From: the human T2T-CHM13v2.0 reference genome, Homo sapiens
Length of the DNA: 64,000 nt
Strand: one strand, 5' to 3'
Assembly: GCF_009914755.1 (NCBI RefSeq)
Contig: NC_060942.1
Of the stretch, positions 26,443 through 47,369 are shown piece by piece. Numbering within the stretch: position 1 is the first letter of the stretch; each line of letters starts with the position of its first letter. The translations under genes and the position numbers were made by a program. Below the pieces are notes generated by a model. It worked only from the letters and a program-made list of their open reading frames with translations, did no database searches and was not told where the DNA came from.

Positions 26443-27148
26443 ATCTTTGAATTTTTGCTGTCTAATTCAATGTCTAGCATATAGCAGAAATTTTAAATGT
26501 TCTTGAAAATGCAATTATGTGCTTGTATGATTTTCTCTTTTAACAATTAAATTTTCCCTAATTTGATACAACTAACTTCTTTCTAGTTTAACTTTATTTG
26601 TACTTCACTTTCTGTCCTTTGAGTTTTTATTGCACCTACAATATATCCTGTACATAACATCTTTTAATTCAGTCATAAACAGTTCCTATAAAACACAAGG
26701 GTTCCAAAGAAAAATATGAGAGAGAAGCAATGGACGCATGAAGTCAACAGACAGCTAAAAAATAAAAAATAGATGGAAGTGAGACATAGTTTACTATGAA
26801 ATATCTGGTCCTCCAGGTACTTCTTCAAGCATTATATTACCAGAGACTTTCAGTTATAATTCCTTACATTTTAGATATTGTATAAACCTTCTAGCTGCCT
26901 TGAACAAAGGCATTTTCAATGAGGTACTATATTAGTATTGCTACAGGTGTGAAATTAAGTGTAAGTAAGTGTGAGATACAGGCTAAGCTTCTACAATAAA
27001 GAAACTAAAAAAACCCACTGGCCCCAACAAGGTAAAAGTTTGTTTTTGTATATAATAGCCATAGTTAGATAGTTCAGGGGAGCTTGCACGGGGGAGGGGT
27101 CTGCACCATGGACTCAACTTCCTCCTACCATGATGCTCTGCCATGCTC

Positions 27149-27456
27149 CAGAGCTGCTCCATCCAATATGGCAGCCAACGCCCACGTGTGGCTATTCAGC
27201 TCTTAAAATGTAGCTAGTCCAAATTAGGATATGTTGTAAGTATAAATGTTGTATTTAAAAGATTGGTGGGAATAAAAAAAGGCATAATCAATCTCATTAA
27301 TAATTTTCTATTGATTGCATTTTGAAATAATATTTTGAATGTACTGAGTTAAAAATGTTATTAAATTTAATTTCATCCATTTCTTTGTATTTTTTTAAAG
27401 CTTACAAATTTTTACTTACATTTGTGGCTCACGCTATATTTCTATGAAACAGTGCT
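27149..27456. mobile_element. MER33/MER3-type hAT-Charlie element within an old MLT1-like LTR (~26970-27760)
   Basis: tccaatatggcagcca...cacgtgtggctatt...aaatgtagctagt; ends acagtgctg|ttctagaa. Confidence 0.7.
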
Positions 27457-27780
27457 GTTCTAGAATATAGTGTATCATCCTCCTCTGTATGGTAAAAGCT
27501 GATTTACAGTACTACATACCTGGTCAGCTAGCAGGAAAAAGGGAAGAAAAAAAAGTAGAGAGCCAAGCATTCTTTTAAGGAAATGATATATTATTTGCAC
27601 ACATCAGTTCACTCATATTTCATTGGTGAGACCTTGGTCACATGGCCCTACCAAGCAGCTCAGAATGCAAGGAAATGCGGTGCGTGGATGCGCAGCCACG
27701 TGCCATACTGGAAAGAAAGGTGGGGGAGCAAAGGGGAAGAATGGATTCTGGGGTGGCAAATACAAACTAGTATTTGTTAG

Positions 27781-28602
<822 letters not shown>

Positions 28603-29639
28603 GTCAGGTATGTTTCTTTAAAAAGGTATCAAGTTGACTTTAAGGAAGGGAGTTTAAAGGGCTTCCCTGAGAGTGACAATGGGGAAAAATGAAGTAAGAG
28701 GATATCCAGAAACCTAATGAAAAATAACCAAACTAAAATATTTCAGCATCTAGACTGAGAAAGTAAAACAAGGAAAACGGGATAAACAATGGCTCGGGGC
28801 AAAAAGGCACTGGCAGAAGGAAAGATGCCCTTGCACTCTAGACAGTGTGGAACAGGGAGGGAGGAGGGATACCTGCATAGCCACCTTCCTGATTCTGTAA
28901 CTGGGGCCCAGGAAGTTTGGTTATGGCTCTGATCCCAAATGCTGGAGAAGTGATATGGGAAATCAATAGAAAACTGAGATCTAAAGAGCTTGGAGTTGCT
29001 CAGATTGACAAGAAGAGAAAGTAGACAATTATGGCAGGAAGGAAAGTTCAGTGATGGAGTCCTGTGAAGATGGTAACTTAAACACATACCTTTGACTTCA
29101 ACTCCCTCTTAACTCCTTTTCTGTAGGGATACTTCAGCAAAGGATGAAAGCTAGCAGAGCACCTAGGACACGTATGAAGCTGTAGAGTCTAACAGGATCT
29201 CAGGAAGAAGGTAAATTACCTTCAGAGTAGAGTGCTTGATTGTCACTGAGGCCAGAGATTAAAAACCAGATCGTGTGATTTCAGAGGGTCCAGATGTCTC
29301 TAACACTATTTGTATTCCTGTTACCCTAGAAGGGTCTGTCAGCCTTTGCTCACTCAAGTCCATTGAAGGAAAGTCTATTGAGTGACTGAGTTATTTAGTG
29401 TCCATTGTTGAGGAAAAGCTACATCTTATTCTTAGGAAGGCCTGACAGCAAAGAGGGTTCTTCCTTCTGTCTTAAGTGGGTGTTTGGATTCTGACAAGGT
29501 TTATTTTAACCACCTATTTATGATAATAGAATTTTCTGTCTCTTCCACTATTAATTGTTTGACACTGCTCCAGAGACCCTCAGGGCTTGAGTGAGGCAAT
29601 CCTGAACCATAACCAGCTTCAAAAAACAAATCACATAAG

Positions 29640-30400
29640 AAGTCTTAGAAACCAGAGGTATATGAAATTGACTCTCAGTACAGTTAGCTAATAGAAAAGC
29701 AGGAAAAAATACTTTAAAATTACTTTCGTGGTAAAACTACTAGAGCATCTAAGAAAACCAGCTAAAATAAAAATTTGTATTTGACCTGAAAAAACCAGTA
29801 GTGATCTGAAGATCAATCGAAAGAAATAGTAGTAGATAAGGTAGAAATATAAAGAGATGAAAACTGTGGGAGGAAAGATAGGAGGTATGAAAAGATGAAG
29901 CCTGGGAAACTATATATTCAAGGAATAGGATGTTCAAAGATGAAAAAGTAATACACAGAGAAGAATAATTAACAGGAAGAATTCTTTTTTCTAATTTGAA
30001 GGGAAAAAATTGAGAATATAATGAAAGGACAGAATGAATCCCATCAGGATTAATGGTCACACACACACACACACACACACACACCCTAGTAAAACTTCTG
30101 AGCTCCAAGTTAAAGAGAACACATTGGATACTACACAGAAGGAGAAAAAAACAGACTAATGTCAGACTTCTCATTGGTAACACTAGTTGAAAAGAGAACA
30201 GATCTAAAAAAACCATTATACATCAGAGCTATATTTCATCTCTTCCAGAATAAAAGGCATTTTCAGATAAGCCAATATACATATTTTATGCTGCCCAAAT
30301 ACCGTATCCAAGGAACTTACTGAAGCATGCAATTAAATCAAGTGAAATGAAAGTTGAGTGCAATTAAATCAGAACATAGATCTCAAGATAGGGAATGATG
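29640..30400 (+). mobile_element. Old L1M ORF1-region relic with (CA)n at 30058-30083
   Basis: A-rich, with the gtcagacttctca...aacact motif. Confidence 0.5.
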
Positions 30401-30442
30401 AAGACAGAACAACATCATAAAGGTGCACAATAAATATATATA

Positions 30443-32943
<2,501 letters not shown>

Positions 32944-32999
32944 TGCTAATACAGAATCATCTAAAAAAGAAAACTAAATAATAGGATAGAACTAAGTGG

Positions 33000-33310
33000 T
33001 TTTTTTGTTTGTTTTGTTTGTTTGTTTTTGAGACGAAGTCTTGCTCTGTCGCCCAGGCTGGAGTGCAGTGACCCAATCTCGGCTCACTGCAACCTCCCCC
33101 TCCCAGATTCAAGTGATTCTCCTGCCTCAGCCTGCTGAGTAGCTGGGATTACAGGCATGTGCCATCATGCCCAGCTAATGGTATTTTTAGTAGAGACCGG
33201 ATTTCGCCATGTTTTGGCTAGACTGGTCTCGAACTCTTGACCTCAAGTGATCTGCCCGCCTCAGCCTCCCAAAGTGCTGGGATTACAGGCATGAGCCACT
33301 GCCCCCGGCC
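33000..33310 (-). mobile_element. AluS
   Basis: Antisense dimer with TSD-like agaactaa. Confidence 0.93.
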
Positions 33311-34279
33311 AGAACTAAATGTTTTTAATTACCCAAATAAAACCTGTATGGGGCAAAATGTACAGAGAGTGGGGAGAAGCTAAGATAAATTTTCTTAAGG
33401 GTGGGAGGAGAGTGGAGATGTAATTTATCTAAAAATTCATCTTGATGGGATTTGGGAAGCAATATTCAAGTAAGCTGTCTTGATAAGGTATATGATTATG
33501 TTTATAAAATGGAGAAATATATTTTTAGTTATGATTGTCATAAACAGAAAATAACGATTTGTGTATTTTTGAAGAGTTAGGAAATTTCCAAAATTAGCAA
33601 GGGTTAGAAAGAAGGAAGAAATAGACACTCTACAATGCCCCAAAAAAGTAAGAACATGGAAAAAGGGGAAGCAAAGTTAAATAAGTGGTAACTATAAGTA
33701 GCAACTATAAAATATCAAAGAATAAAATCATGCATATCAAATAGTAAGCTAAATATGAACAGTCTTAAGGACTGTCAAAGAGCAAAAACTGTCAGATTGG
33801 GCTAAAAAGTTAAAAATCCAGTGGAATGGTCTTTCTAAGAATCATGCCTAAAACTAACTGAAAAAAAAAATGGAAAATAGTGCAACGGAGAATCATGAGC
33901 TCACGCTGGCTTGGTGACTGGTTCTTTGTTAACTCCTATCACCAGAGGACAGAAGACCTGAAATGAATTTATTAGACTTATTTCCAGACTTAGGGTCCCC
34001 AGCTGAAGACAACTGCCAGACTCTTAGATGGGAAGGAGGAAGGGAAATAAATAAATTACAAAGACCTCCTACTTGGGTGCCGGAGTTGAAAAAGTATCAT
34101 TTTGCAACCAACATAGTAAAGATAAGGTTAGTTAGGAATCATTAATCATGCTATATATATATATGAGGAAATTTTGATGAGATACATGTTATTTACTTAA
34201 TTCTAAAGTGTTTCCTGTAGACCACTTATCTGGTCTTCCAATACCAGATATGAAAACTTACTTGAACATTTTAATATTT

Positions 34280-35900
<1,621 letters not shown>

Positions 35901-36607
35901 AACAAAGGAATGGAGTTACCATGACTGGGGTTACTATGGTGATGATTGGTCTATCATCTAGTCTTTGGGACTAAGGAGAGGCTGACCTCACCTGAGCACA
36001 TTGCTGGTCACTTAATACCTAAATAAAATCAGGTCATTTTCACAGAGAAGCAGGGGAGAATGGCTGTTAAATAGTGACTGATATATGCAGTTATTTTAAA
36101 AATGAGTTAGCTCCATGTCCATACATTTGCCTGGATATCCACCATGAATTTTGAAATAAGAAAAGATGCTAAGTAATAGTCTCATTTAAGTAAAAATCCC
36201 TCTTATATATGGAGAAAGGGGTGAAAAAAGACACACACCAAGCTAGTAACACTATGTCCCCAAGGGCGGGTGGATGGGAGGAGTTGGGGACAGAACTTAC
36301 CAGGGTTTTCTTGTTTTTGTGTTGTTTCACTGACTGTAGAAAGTACACGCACTTTTGTATCTTTTGAAGCACAATTTACTAATAGATTTAAAATCAGAAA
36401 GGATAATAATTTAGTGAATTAGAAACTAAGGCATGAGGAATGGGTAAATGAAACACTGATTATTAGAGATGGCATGGCTGTAGTACAGGACTAAGTCATA
36501 AAGCAGAGTGAAGATGAAGACGGAGGAGAAGGGAGGGCCAGGTGTAACTTTTTCTCCTATGCTCCTGGTATCCCAGTTAAGTGAAGCACGCTTTGCCAGA
36601 TTATCCC

Positions 36608-39116
<2,509 letters not shown>

Positions 39117-40234
39117 TTAGAAATGCTAATTAATACTGGCACCACAGTGTCACATCGACCTTCAAGACTTTTCCTCATTTATTCAGGTTGCCTTAACTTT
39201 TTCTCAGGTATGAAACAAATAGCTGTAAAAATATGTAAAATTAAAACAATTTTAAAACATCATTCATTTAATACCAAAATTACTCAATTTTACATTCCTT
39301 CTTGGCTATGAATTTTCTAGCAATACATAAAACAGCTATGCAAATGCAATTGAGACTTCATTGTCAGGCTGCTATGCATCTCATATGGTTTTTTAAAAAT
39401 AAATGCTTATGGTAATATTGGCTTTGTATTCCTTGATTTTAAGTTGTCTATTTTTCAGGTGGGTAGACAATAATGATATTAAACCAATTAAAAGTTTCTG
39501 CTTAAATCAGTGGATCACAAATATATTTGATGTTTATTATTCATTGTTATAAAGGAAAACACAAGCAGAAATGCAACAACCAAAATAACAGCACGAATAA
39601 AATTTGGAAGAGGAGAAAAGTTAGAAGCCAGTGAAAATTGAGCCATTCCTTCAACTTTCAACATGGGAACTCAGTAGACCCTGTTTATAAAAATTGATAC
39701 ATCAAGAAATAGAAGTATAAATGTACTATTGGATTTAATATTGTTAACCTCTAAGAACTAAAATGAGCAATAATTAAAAGTATTTATCAATGAAGTGGAT
39801 ATTGGTGGAGTGAGGAGCTGCACAGGTTTGCTTTTTATTTTCTACCTTTCCTTAACTATTTGAAAAAATACCATCTATAAAGTATAACAAAAATAGGTGT
39901 TTCAGAAAAGAAAAATAAATAAGAATACAGTTCAGTTAAATGTTATTCACATCTTGGATAATGTTTTAAATCGCTAATGTTGAAATCTGCTACGATTTGA
40001 TCTTTATTAATAACAGGATTCCTTTCTTTTTGTGTTGACATAGTACTTTTTAATGGTGGCAAAATTCAGATTATCATATTCAAATACGACTTGAACTTGA
40101 GTTTGGTTTTAATCTTCACAATTTCAGAATATCTTCCATTGTTATTAGTTTTAATTTTTCTTTTTAGTAGTCAAAGCATATGATAAAAATAAACAATGAA
40201 AATATATACTTAAAATGACTTCCATATATCTCCG

Positions 40235-41658
40235 CCTCTGCTAATTAAGGGCACCACTTGGTCCCTGTCACCTTGGGATCCAATTATATTCATTGCAATT
40301 AGGTTTCCCAGTTCAGAGGCAGCTGGCCCCCACCGTAGTTTCTGACCTACAGAGAAGATGAATCACAAAGGTCTTCAAAGATGTTGGGGCTTCACTCACA
40401 AATTTATTTCTCACAGTGTTGGTGAAAGTTGTGTCTTCTGGACCCTTCCAAGGTGCATAAACAGGTTTTAAATGATAAGTCCACATCCCAATCTCCTTAA
40501 GCCTTGGATACCTTCCTTTACAGTGTATCAAGGCAGTTCTGGCATTTCAACTTCATTTAGGGTAGGCTTACCTTTCAGTTCATACTTCAGTCACCAACCA
40601 ATCAAACTCTTGGAGCTCTTTCTAATTCCTTGAACTACAACATTGAATCCAGACTCTCTGCTTAGTGGATACATACCAGCCTGATGCCACATTATGTTCC
40701 TTCCATGATTATCCTACACCTTTAAGATCCTTCACCACACATATTTCCCAGATTTCTGCCTTTATAAATTGGAAAAAATTGTGTAGTTCTTATTAGCGCA
40801 CCTGCTCATGGGTGACACTTTGGACTTCTGGTTTAGGAGCCTGCTGGGACTTGAGTCTCATTATAAGTTTAGAAGCCAAGAGGGGTGATGCGGGTAGGCC
40901 CTGAGGAATCAGCAGTGTCTTGCAATGCAATTACCTTCAGGGGGTCTATACAGTTTCTTCAGGAAAAGCAAGGTTAATCTCTTCAGATGGGGATGGAATT
41001 GCTGCTTCTACTGACAAAGAGGACTAATCAGAATGTAGGGGGTTCAACGTCACAAGCTTCATCAGGATTTTCCCGTAAGCCCCTTTCCAGTGTTTAGGAT
41101 CCAATTCTTTCCCCACAAAAGCCTTCACTTTACAGCAGACACTCTATAAACTTGAGAATTTAATTTGCATTGTAATTTAGACACTCACAGGATGAGACTC
41201 AGTTTGATATTCAGCAGTCTCAGTTCTGTGGCTGCAGGTCATAAGGGTTGCTTGTACGGCAGACATAGAAATTTTCAGGTCATTTATGTAGTGCTTGAGC
41301 TAGGAATTTGAATCCTCATCTCAAACTTTCTTTCCCCCATTTTGTTCAGTCCAATTGGAGCAACCAGCCAATCTCATACTCATCAGTTTGACAAAAATGC
41401 TCTAAGGTATCCAACACATGGCCACCTAGGACCTTGCCCCTTATACATATTTGATCAGGAATATCCAATGGTGATATTTTGTTTATCTCCATTGCCACAT
41501 AATGCCATGGACTATCAGTGTTCTTTTTACTATGGGAAATAGTGTCATTAGCATCTTTAAACCTAATCGGACTAGAGAACCAATTCCAGAAACCCCAGTA
41601 TGAAAACTCATAATGAAGATTCTGTTTCTCTGGAACCACTTCATTCTTGGTATCAAAA
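40235..41658 (-). mobile_element. ERVL internal 5' part (leader + gag relic)
   Basis: Minus strand starts ttttgataccaagaatgaagtggttccagagaaacagaat, like the ERVL internal start, directly after an MLT2 LTR. Confidence 0.8.
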
Positions 41659-41736
41659 TATGTTCCAGGTTCTCCAGAAAGATAGAACAAATAGACAGTG
41701 TGTATGTGCACATATATCTATGCATCTGTATTTATG

Positions 41737-41782
<46 letters not shown>

Positions 41783-42132
41783 ATCTATCTATCTATTTTT
41801 CTCTCTATCATCTGCCTATCTTGGTCTGAAATCTGCAGGACATGATGGCAGACTAAAGAACAGGGAAAAGTCGATGTTGCATTCTTGAGTCCAAAGGCAG
41901 TTTGAAGGCAAAAATCTCTTTTTCTTCAGGAGACCTCAGTCTTTTCTTTTAAGGCCTTCAGCTGATTGGATAAGGTTCACACACATTATGGAGGATACTT
42001 CAAAGTATTCATTCTACTAATTTAAACATTAGTTATATTTAAAAAATGTCTTCACAGCAACATCTAGACTGGTGTCTGATCAAAAATTGGGTATCATGGA
42101 CTAGCAAAATTGTCACATAAAATTAACCATCA
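41659..42132 (-). mobile_element. MLT2 5' LTR with (TCTA)n STR at ~41737-41795
   Basis: Minus strand begins tgatggttaattttatgtgacaa and ends ctggagaacctg, both MLT2 hallmarks. Confidence 0.85.
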
Positions 42133-42641
42133 GAAAGTTGTTGAGCATCTTTCAGGCATTTGTTGGCAATTTACATACCATTTGTATATTGAATATTTGA
42201 CATTTGAAGAAATATTGATTCAAATCCTGTGGTCATTAAAAAATTGTACTATTTGTCTTTTTATTATTAAGTTGTAACAGTTCTTTTAATAGCTTAGCTA
42301 TAAGTCCCTTATCAGAAATATGACTTGAAAATATTTTCTCCCATTCTTTTCACTTTCTTGATGGTACTGTTTGCAGAACAAATGTTTTGATGAAATCTAA
42401 CTTATTATATTTTCTTTTATCTCTTGTGCTTTTGATGTCTCATCTAAGAAATCATTGCCTAACTCGAGGTCACTGAAATTAACTCCTATGTTTTTTTCTA
42501 AGAGTTGTATATGTTTAGCTTTTACATTGAGGATAATGATCATTTGAAGTTAATTTTTGTGTGTGGTATGAGATTGGGGTTTCAACTTTATTCTTTGGAT
42601 ATGAATATCCAGTTGTACTAACACCATTTGTTGAAAACACT

Positions 42642-43268
42642 TGCTATAGTTTGGACATGTGTCCTCACCCAAATCTCATGTTGAAATGTAATCCCCAATG
42701 TTGAAGGTGGGGCCTAATGGGAGGTGATTAGATCATGGGGGTGGGTTTCTCATAAATGGTATAGCACCATCCTCTTGGTGCTGTTCTCACCATACTGACT
42801 GAGTTCTTGTGAGAGCTGGTCATTTAAAAGTGTGGGGCACCTTCCCACTCTCTCTCTCTTGCTCCTGCTCTGGCCATGTAATATGTCTGCTTTCCCCTTT
42901 GCCTTCTGCCATGATTGTAAGTTTCCTGAGGCCTCCCCAGAAGCTGAGCAGAAACATCAACTCCCTTGTTTATTTGTTTCAAATAAAACAAAACCCATCT
43001 GTATAGATAGATAGACACACGGATAGATAAACAATATGGCAAATGTTAACACCTGTTGAATATAGGTGGTGGGTATATGTGAGGTATTTTAAATTACTTT
43101 AAAAATTCCATATATTTGAAACTTTCCTTGATTAAAAAGTATGATAAAATGGGCTGGGCAGAAGCTGAGCAGAAGCATCATGCTTCTTGTACAGCCTGCA
43201 GAACCATGAGCCAATTAAACCTCTTTTCTTTATAAATTACCCAGTCTCAGATAGTTCTTTATAGCAAT
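42642..43268 (+). mobile_element. MST (MaLR) solo LTR with a ~200-bp foreign insert
   Basis: tgctatagtttgg...cccaaatctcatgttgaaatgtaatcccc...aaattacccagtctcag. Confidence 0.9.
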
Positions 43269-43413
43269 GTGAAAATGAACCAATACAGATGATTCTTTAC
43301 CATTGAATTTTCTTGGTACCCTTGTCAAAAATTAACAGACTATAAATATAAAAGTTTATTTCTGGGCCCTTAATTTTATTCCCATAATCTATATGTTTAT
43401 TCTTATGCCAGAT

Positions 43414-43942
43414 TGTGCTGAATTCAAGAATTTGGGGACCAATCGAGGAAACTAAAAGACCACAAGAAGGCAGTACTGTACATCAAGTTTTATTGGGTGG
43501 TGACTGAAAGGGTTGCATGTGAGCAGAAGTGCCTCAGAGCAAACTTTCCAAACAGTGGAACAATATCACCATGCAGTAGGGGGACAGGGCAAGGTCCAGA
43601 AAAAGAGAAAAAATGAAGAAAGGACTTCTATGTTGCTCAGCAGCAAGGTAGGGAGACACTAAGTCAGAGAGCTCCAAGGGGTAGCAATGGTTTGGGGTCT
43701 TTTACCACTACAGAGTTTGTCTTGCCTATGGTTAGTAGGTGCTGGATGCAGTTTCACAAGTTACATAAAGCAGGCAGACTCTACATACCTAAAAATATGT
43801 TTATTTTTGCTATCTTCAAAGAAATTGGATGTGTAAGAATAGCACAGAGGGCTTTGAGCTAAAAGTCCTATCCTGCTGTGAAAAAGTAAACAATACAGGG
43901 GTCAACATACAGGGGCCATTTGGGGTTTGCTTATTTAACGCA
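43414..43942 (-). mobile_element. Solo ERV LTR (family uncertain) inserted in L1M
   Basis: Interrupts L1 at tatgcca|...acacattgtcttgatta. Antisense polyA signal ttttatt. Confidence 0.55.
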
Positions 43943-45354
43943 ATAACACATTGTCTTGATTAGCTACTGTAGTAAAGTTTGAAATCAGGAGGCATGAGTC
44001 CTCCAACTCTGTTCTTTTTCAATATTGTTTTGGCTCTTCGGTATTCCTTACATTTCCACATAAATTTTAGAATCAGTTTGTCAATTTCTGCAGGAAAAAT
44101 AGCCGGGATTTTGACAGGAAAATTAAGTTAAATCTGTAGATCAATGTAGGTCATGTTGTCTTAACAATATTAAGTTTTCTGAGTCATGAATATTGAATGC
44201 CTTTTCATTTATTTAAATCTTATTTAATTTCTTTCAACTATGTTTTTTACTTTCCAGTGTATGAATTTTGCACTTGTTTTGTTAAATTTATACCTAAGTA
44301 CTTTGTTCATTTTTATACTACTGTATATGGATTTGTTCTCTTGCTTTCAGTTTTGATGTGTTTACCATTAACATATAAAAATAGAATTGATATTTTATAT
44401 TGATCTTGTATTTTGAAACCTTGCTGAACTCATTTCTAAATTCGAATAGTTTTTAGCAGATTCCATAAAATTTTCTGTATTTTAACTGTCTTTTACTAGA
44501 AATTTTCAGAATATATTTTGAAAGTTTGTTCCAATTTTCATCTTTAACCAGCCCATTTTATCGTACTTCTTACTCATATGGAATTTTTGAAGTAATTTAA
44601 AATACCTCACATATACCCACCACCTATATTCAACAGGTGTTAACATTTGCCATACTGTTATCTTTCTGTGTGTCTATCTATCTATATGGATGGGTTTTGT
44701 TTTATTTGAAATGAATAAACAAGGGAGTTGCTTGTAAGGGAGTTGCAAGTAGCATGAAACTTAATCCCTAAGTACTTTTTTTATGCTTTTCATAACTACA
44801 ATACCATTACAACTTCTAAGAAGCTTCACAATAACTTTGTAATATCATCTAATATCCAGTCCATAACCAAATTTCTCCAATTGCCTCCAAATATCATTTT
44901 TTTTCCTTTTAAAAACATATCTAGGATCTAGGCAATGGTCATGAGTTGCATTTGATTGTTATATTTTTAAAATCTCTTTTAAGCCTGAACAACATCTCAC
45001 TTTTCTTTTTTTTCAATGACATCGTCTTTGGGAAAACATAAGAGCAGTTATCTTGTAAATCATTCCACACTCTTCATTTGTCTGATTGTTTCCTTTTGTT
45101 GTCAATCTCCTTTTCCCTTTATCCCCTGTATTCCTGTAAATTGTAAATTAGATCTAAAGGCTTAATTAGATTCAGGGGAAACATTTTTGGCAAGGATATT
45201 TCTTGGGTAATGCTCTGTAGTTCATAGTGCACTACCTCAGAGCACACAATGTCAGATTGCTCATGATTAGTAATACTGTTTGATCAGTTTGGCAGTTGGT
45301 CAGCCTCATCTTTCCATTGTAAAGCTACTTTTTTTCCTCTGCAGATAAAGATCT

Positions 45355-46900
45355 CAATAGTCAGGTTGACAAAATGACCCATTCTGTGGGTATAAGTTTT
45401 CACATTTTTCTAGCCACCCTTGTTCCTAATGAATAGGCTCTTGTACAAAATACATGGCAAAAGGGACGGAGGTTATGAATTAGCTCATTAAGCACGTATC
45501 CCTTCATTAAGTCTGATCTTGGTAACACCATCCCAGGTGCCTAACCTAACACCATTGCCAACAGTATGATGACTGACAATGTGATGTCTTTCCAAGGAAG
45601 ACCAACTAACCACTTGATAGTAGGTTGTTTATATTAAACTCTTTTAATCCTGATAATAGTAGTAATTAATCTGCAATGGCATACCATTCATTTTGGATCT
45701 GGATTTACCTTCCTTGCTCACAATTTTTCCACCCAAAATATTTCTCACTGATACAGGAAACAACTTATTCATCACCAAAGTATCCCACACAATATTGCTT
45801 CTGATAAAAAAAAAAAAAGCAATTCACAGCAGTAATGAACTCATGCCGTGCAATTCACTGGTCTTACCATGCACCCTATTACTGAGAAGCATCTAGTCTG
45901 AGGGAGATCTTGGATAGCTTCAGGAAGATTAGTATGCTGCCAGTGAAGAGACAACATTTTATGAAATTGGACAATAGCCTACAGAATATGCTTTGAGGCA
46001 GCAACCAATATAAGATGCCATTTCACCAAGTGCCCTAATCTATGGTCTGGAAATAAAGAGGTAGATGTGAAAATGGCTCCTCTCACTCTCACATCTAATA
46101 ATCCACTACAGAATGTTTGCTTTTAATTTCTAAAGGTTTGCTTTTGCTGTTTTAAAGGTCTTAGTTCTGAAGGGAGAAATGCTTCCACCAGGAGACACAA
46201 TAATAGATATACTGAAGTGGAAGTTGAGACTACCATCTGGCCCTTTTGGGCTCCTCATGTCTCTAGACTAACAGAAACTAGCTGAGGAATTTGGTTCTAA
46301 TTATCTAGTAAGTGAGAATTTGGTTTACTTTATGAAATGGTATCAGAAAATAATGTCTAGATGTGAGAAGATTTTTTTCTGCACACCTCTTACCACTTTC
46401 TTGTTCATTAATACAAATTAACGTGTATCTACTGCAACTCGGCAAAGACAGAATCAGTATGAACTCAGGACTTTCAGAAATAAAACTTTGAATTAATGCA
46501 CTAAGTAAAAATTTACAGCTAGCTTAGGTGCTGGCTGAAGGCCCAGAAAACATGAAATGAGAAGCAGAAAAAAGTTATAAGTATCAAATACAGTCTCACA
46601 GCCATTAATAGAAATGAGGATTGTAGCAGCTAAGCATATTTTCATCCTTGCTTCTTAAGTATTAATTTGCATATTTTAAACATTTACCATCTTCCTTTTC
46701 TGTATTATGTTATATACAGAATTTGCATGGTGATTAACTTTACAATCTAGTTTTTCTATTATAGAATATTCAGGTGGGATTATAAATGAGCTAGGAAAGC
46801 AGTTAACATCACTTAGAGATGAATACATAATCATGAGATCTTAGGTCTCTCTTTTTTGGATTTGGGTGACAAAATTTTTATTTGTACAAAGAGAATCTTA
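45355..46900 (+). mobile_element. ERVL internal relic (pol/integrase to 3' region)
   Basis: caggttgacaaaatgaccc, gggacggaggttatg, gggagaaatgcttccaccaggagacaca. Confidence 0.7.
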
Positions 46901-46922
46901 TTGAGAAGCATTAAATTATTGT

Positions 46923-47338
46923 TGCTATGATATGGTGGGGGATGTGTGTCCCCTCCAAATCTAATGTTGAAATGCGACCTTCAATGTTGGAGGTGGGGTC
47001 TAGTGGGAGGTATTGGATCACTGGGGCAGATCCTTCATGAATGACTTGGTGCCATCCTCACAATAATTGGTGAGTTCATGCTCTGAGTTCATGTGAGATC
47101 TGGTTGTTTAAAAGAGTGTGGCACCTCCTCCCTGCTTACTCCCACTCTTTCCATGTGACACACCTGGTCCCCCTTCACCTTCCACCATGATGGTAAGTTT
47201 CTGAGGCCCTCACCAGAAGCAGATGCTGGCACCACACTTCCTGTACAGCCTTCAGAACCAAGAGCTTATTAAATCTCTTTTCTTTATAAATTACCCAGCC
47301 TTAAGTATTCCTTTATAGTGATGCAAATGTATTAACAC
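46923..47338 (+). mobile_element. MST (MaLR) solo LTR
   Basis: ccctccaaatctaatgttgaaatg...cagaagcagatgctggc...aaattacccagcc. Confidence 0.88.
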
Positions 47339-47369
47339 ATGCTGCTATAGAGAAGTTTAAATGAAATAA

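Larger units (their letters stand above)
42135..45340 (-). mobile_element. Old L1M fragments interrupted by LTRs
   Basis: Antisense ORF2/3'UTR motifs (atatccagttgtactaacaccatttgttgaaaa; tttgaaatcagg...cctccaact). Confidence 0.8.
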
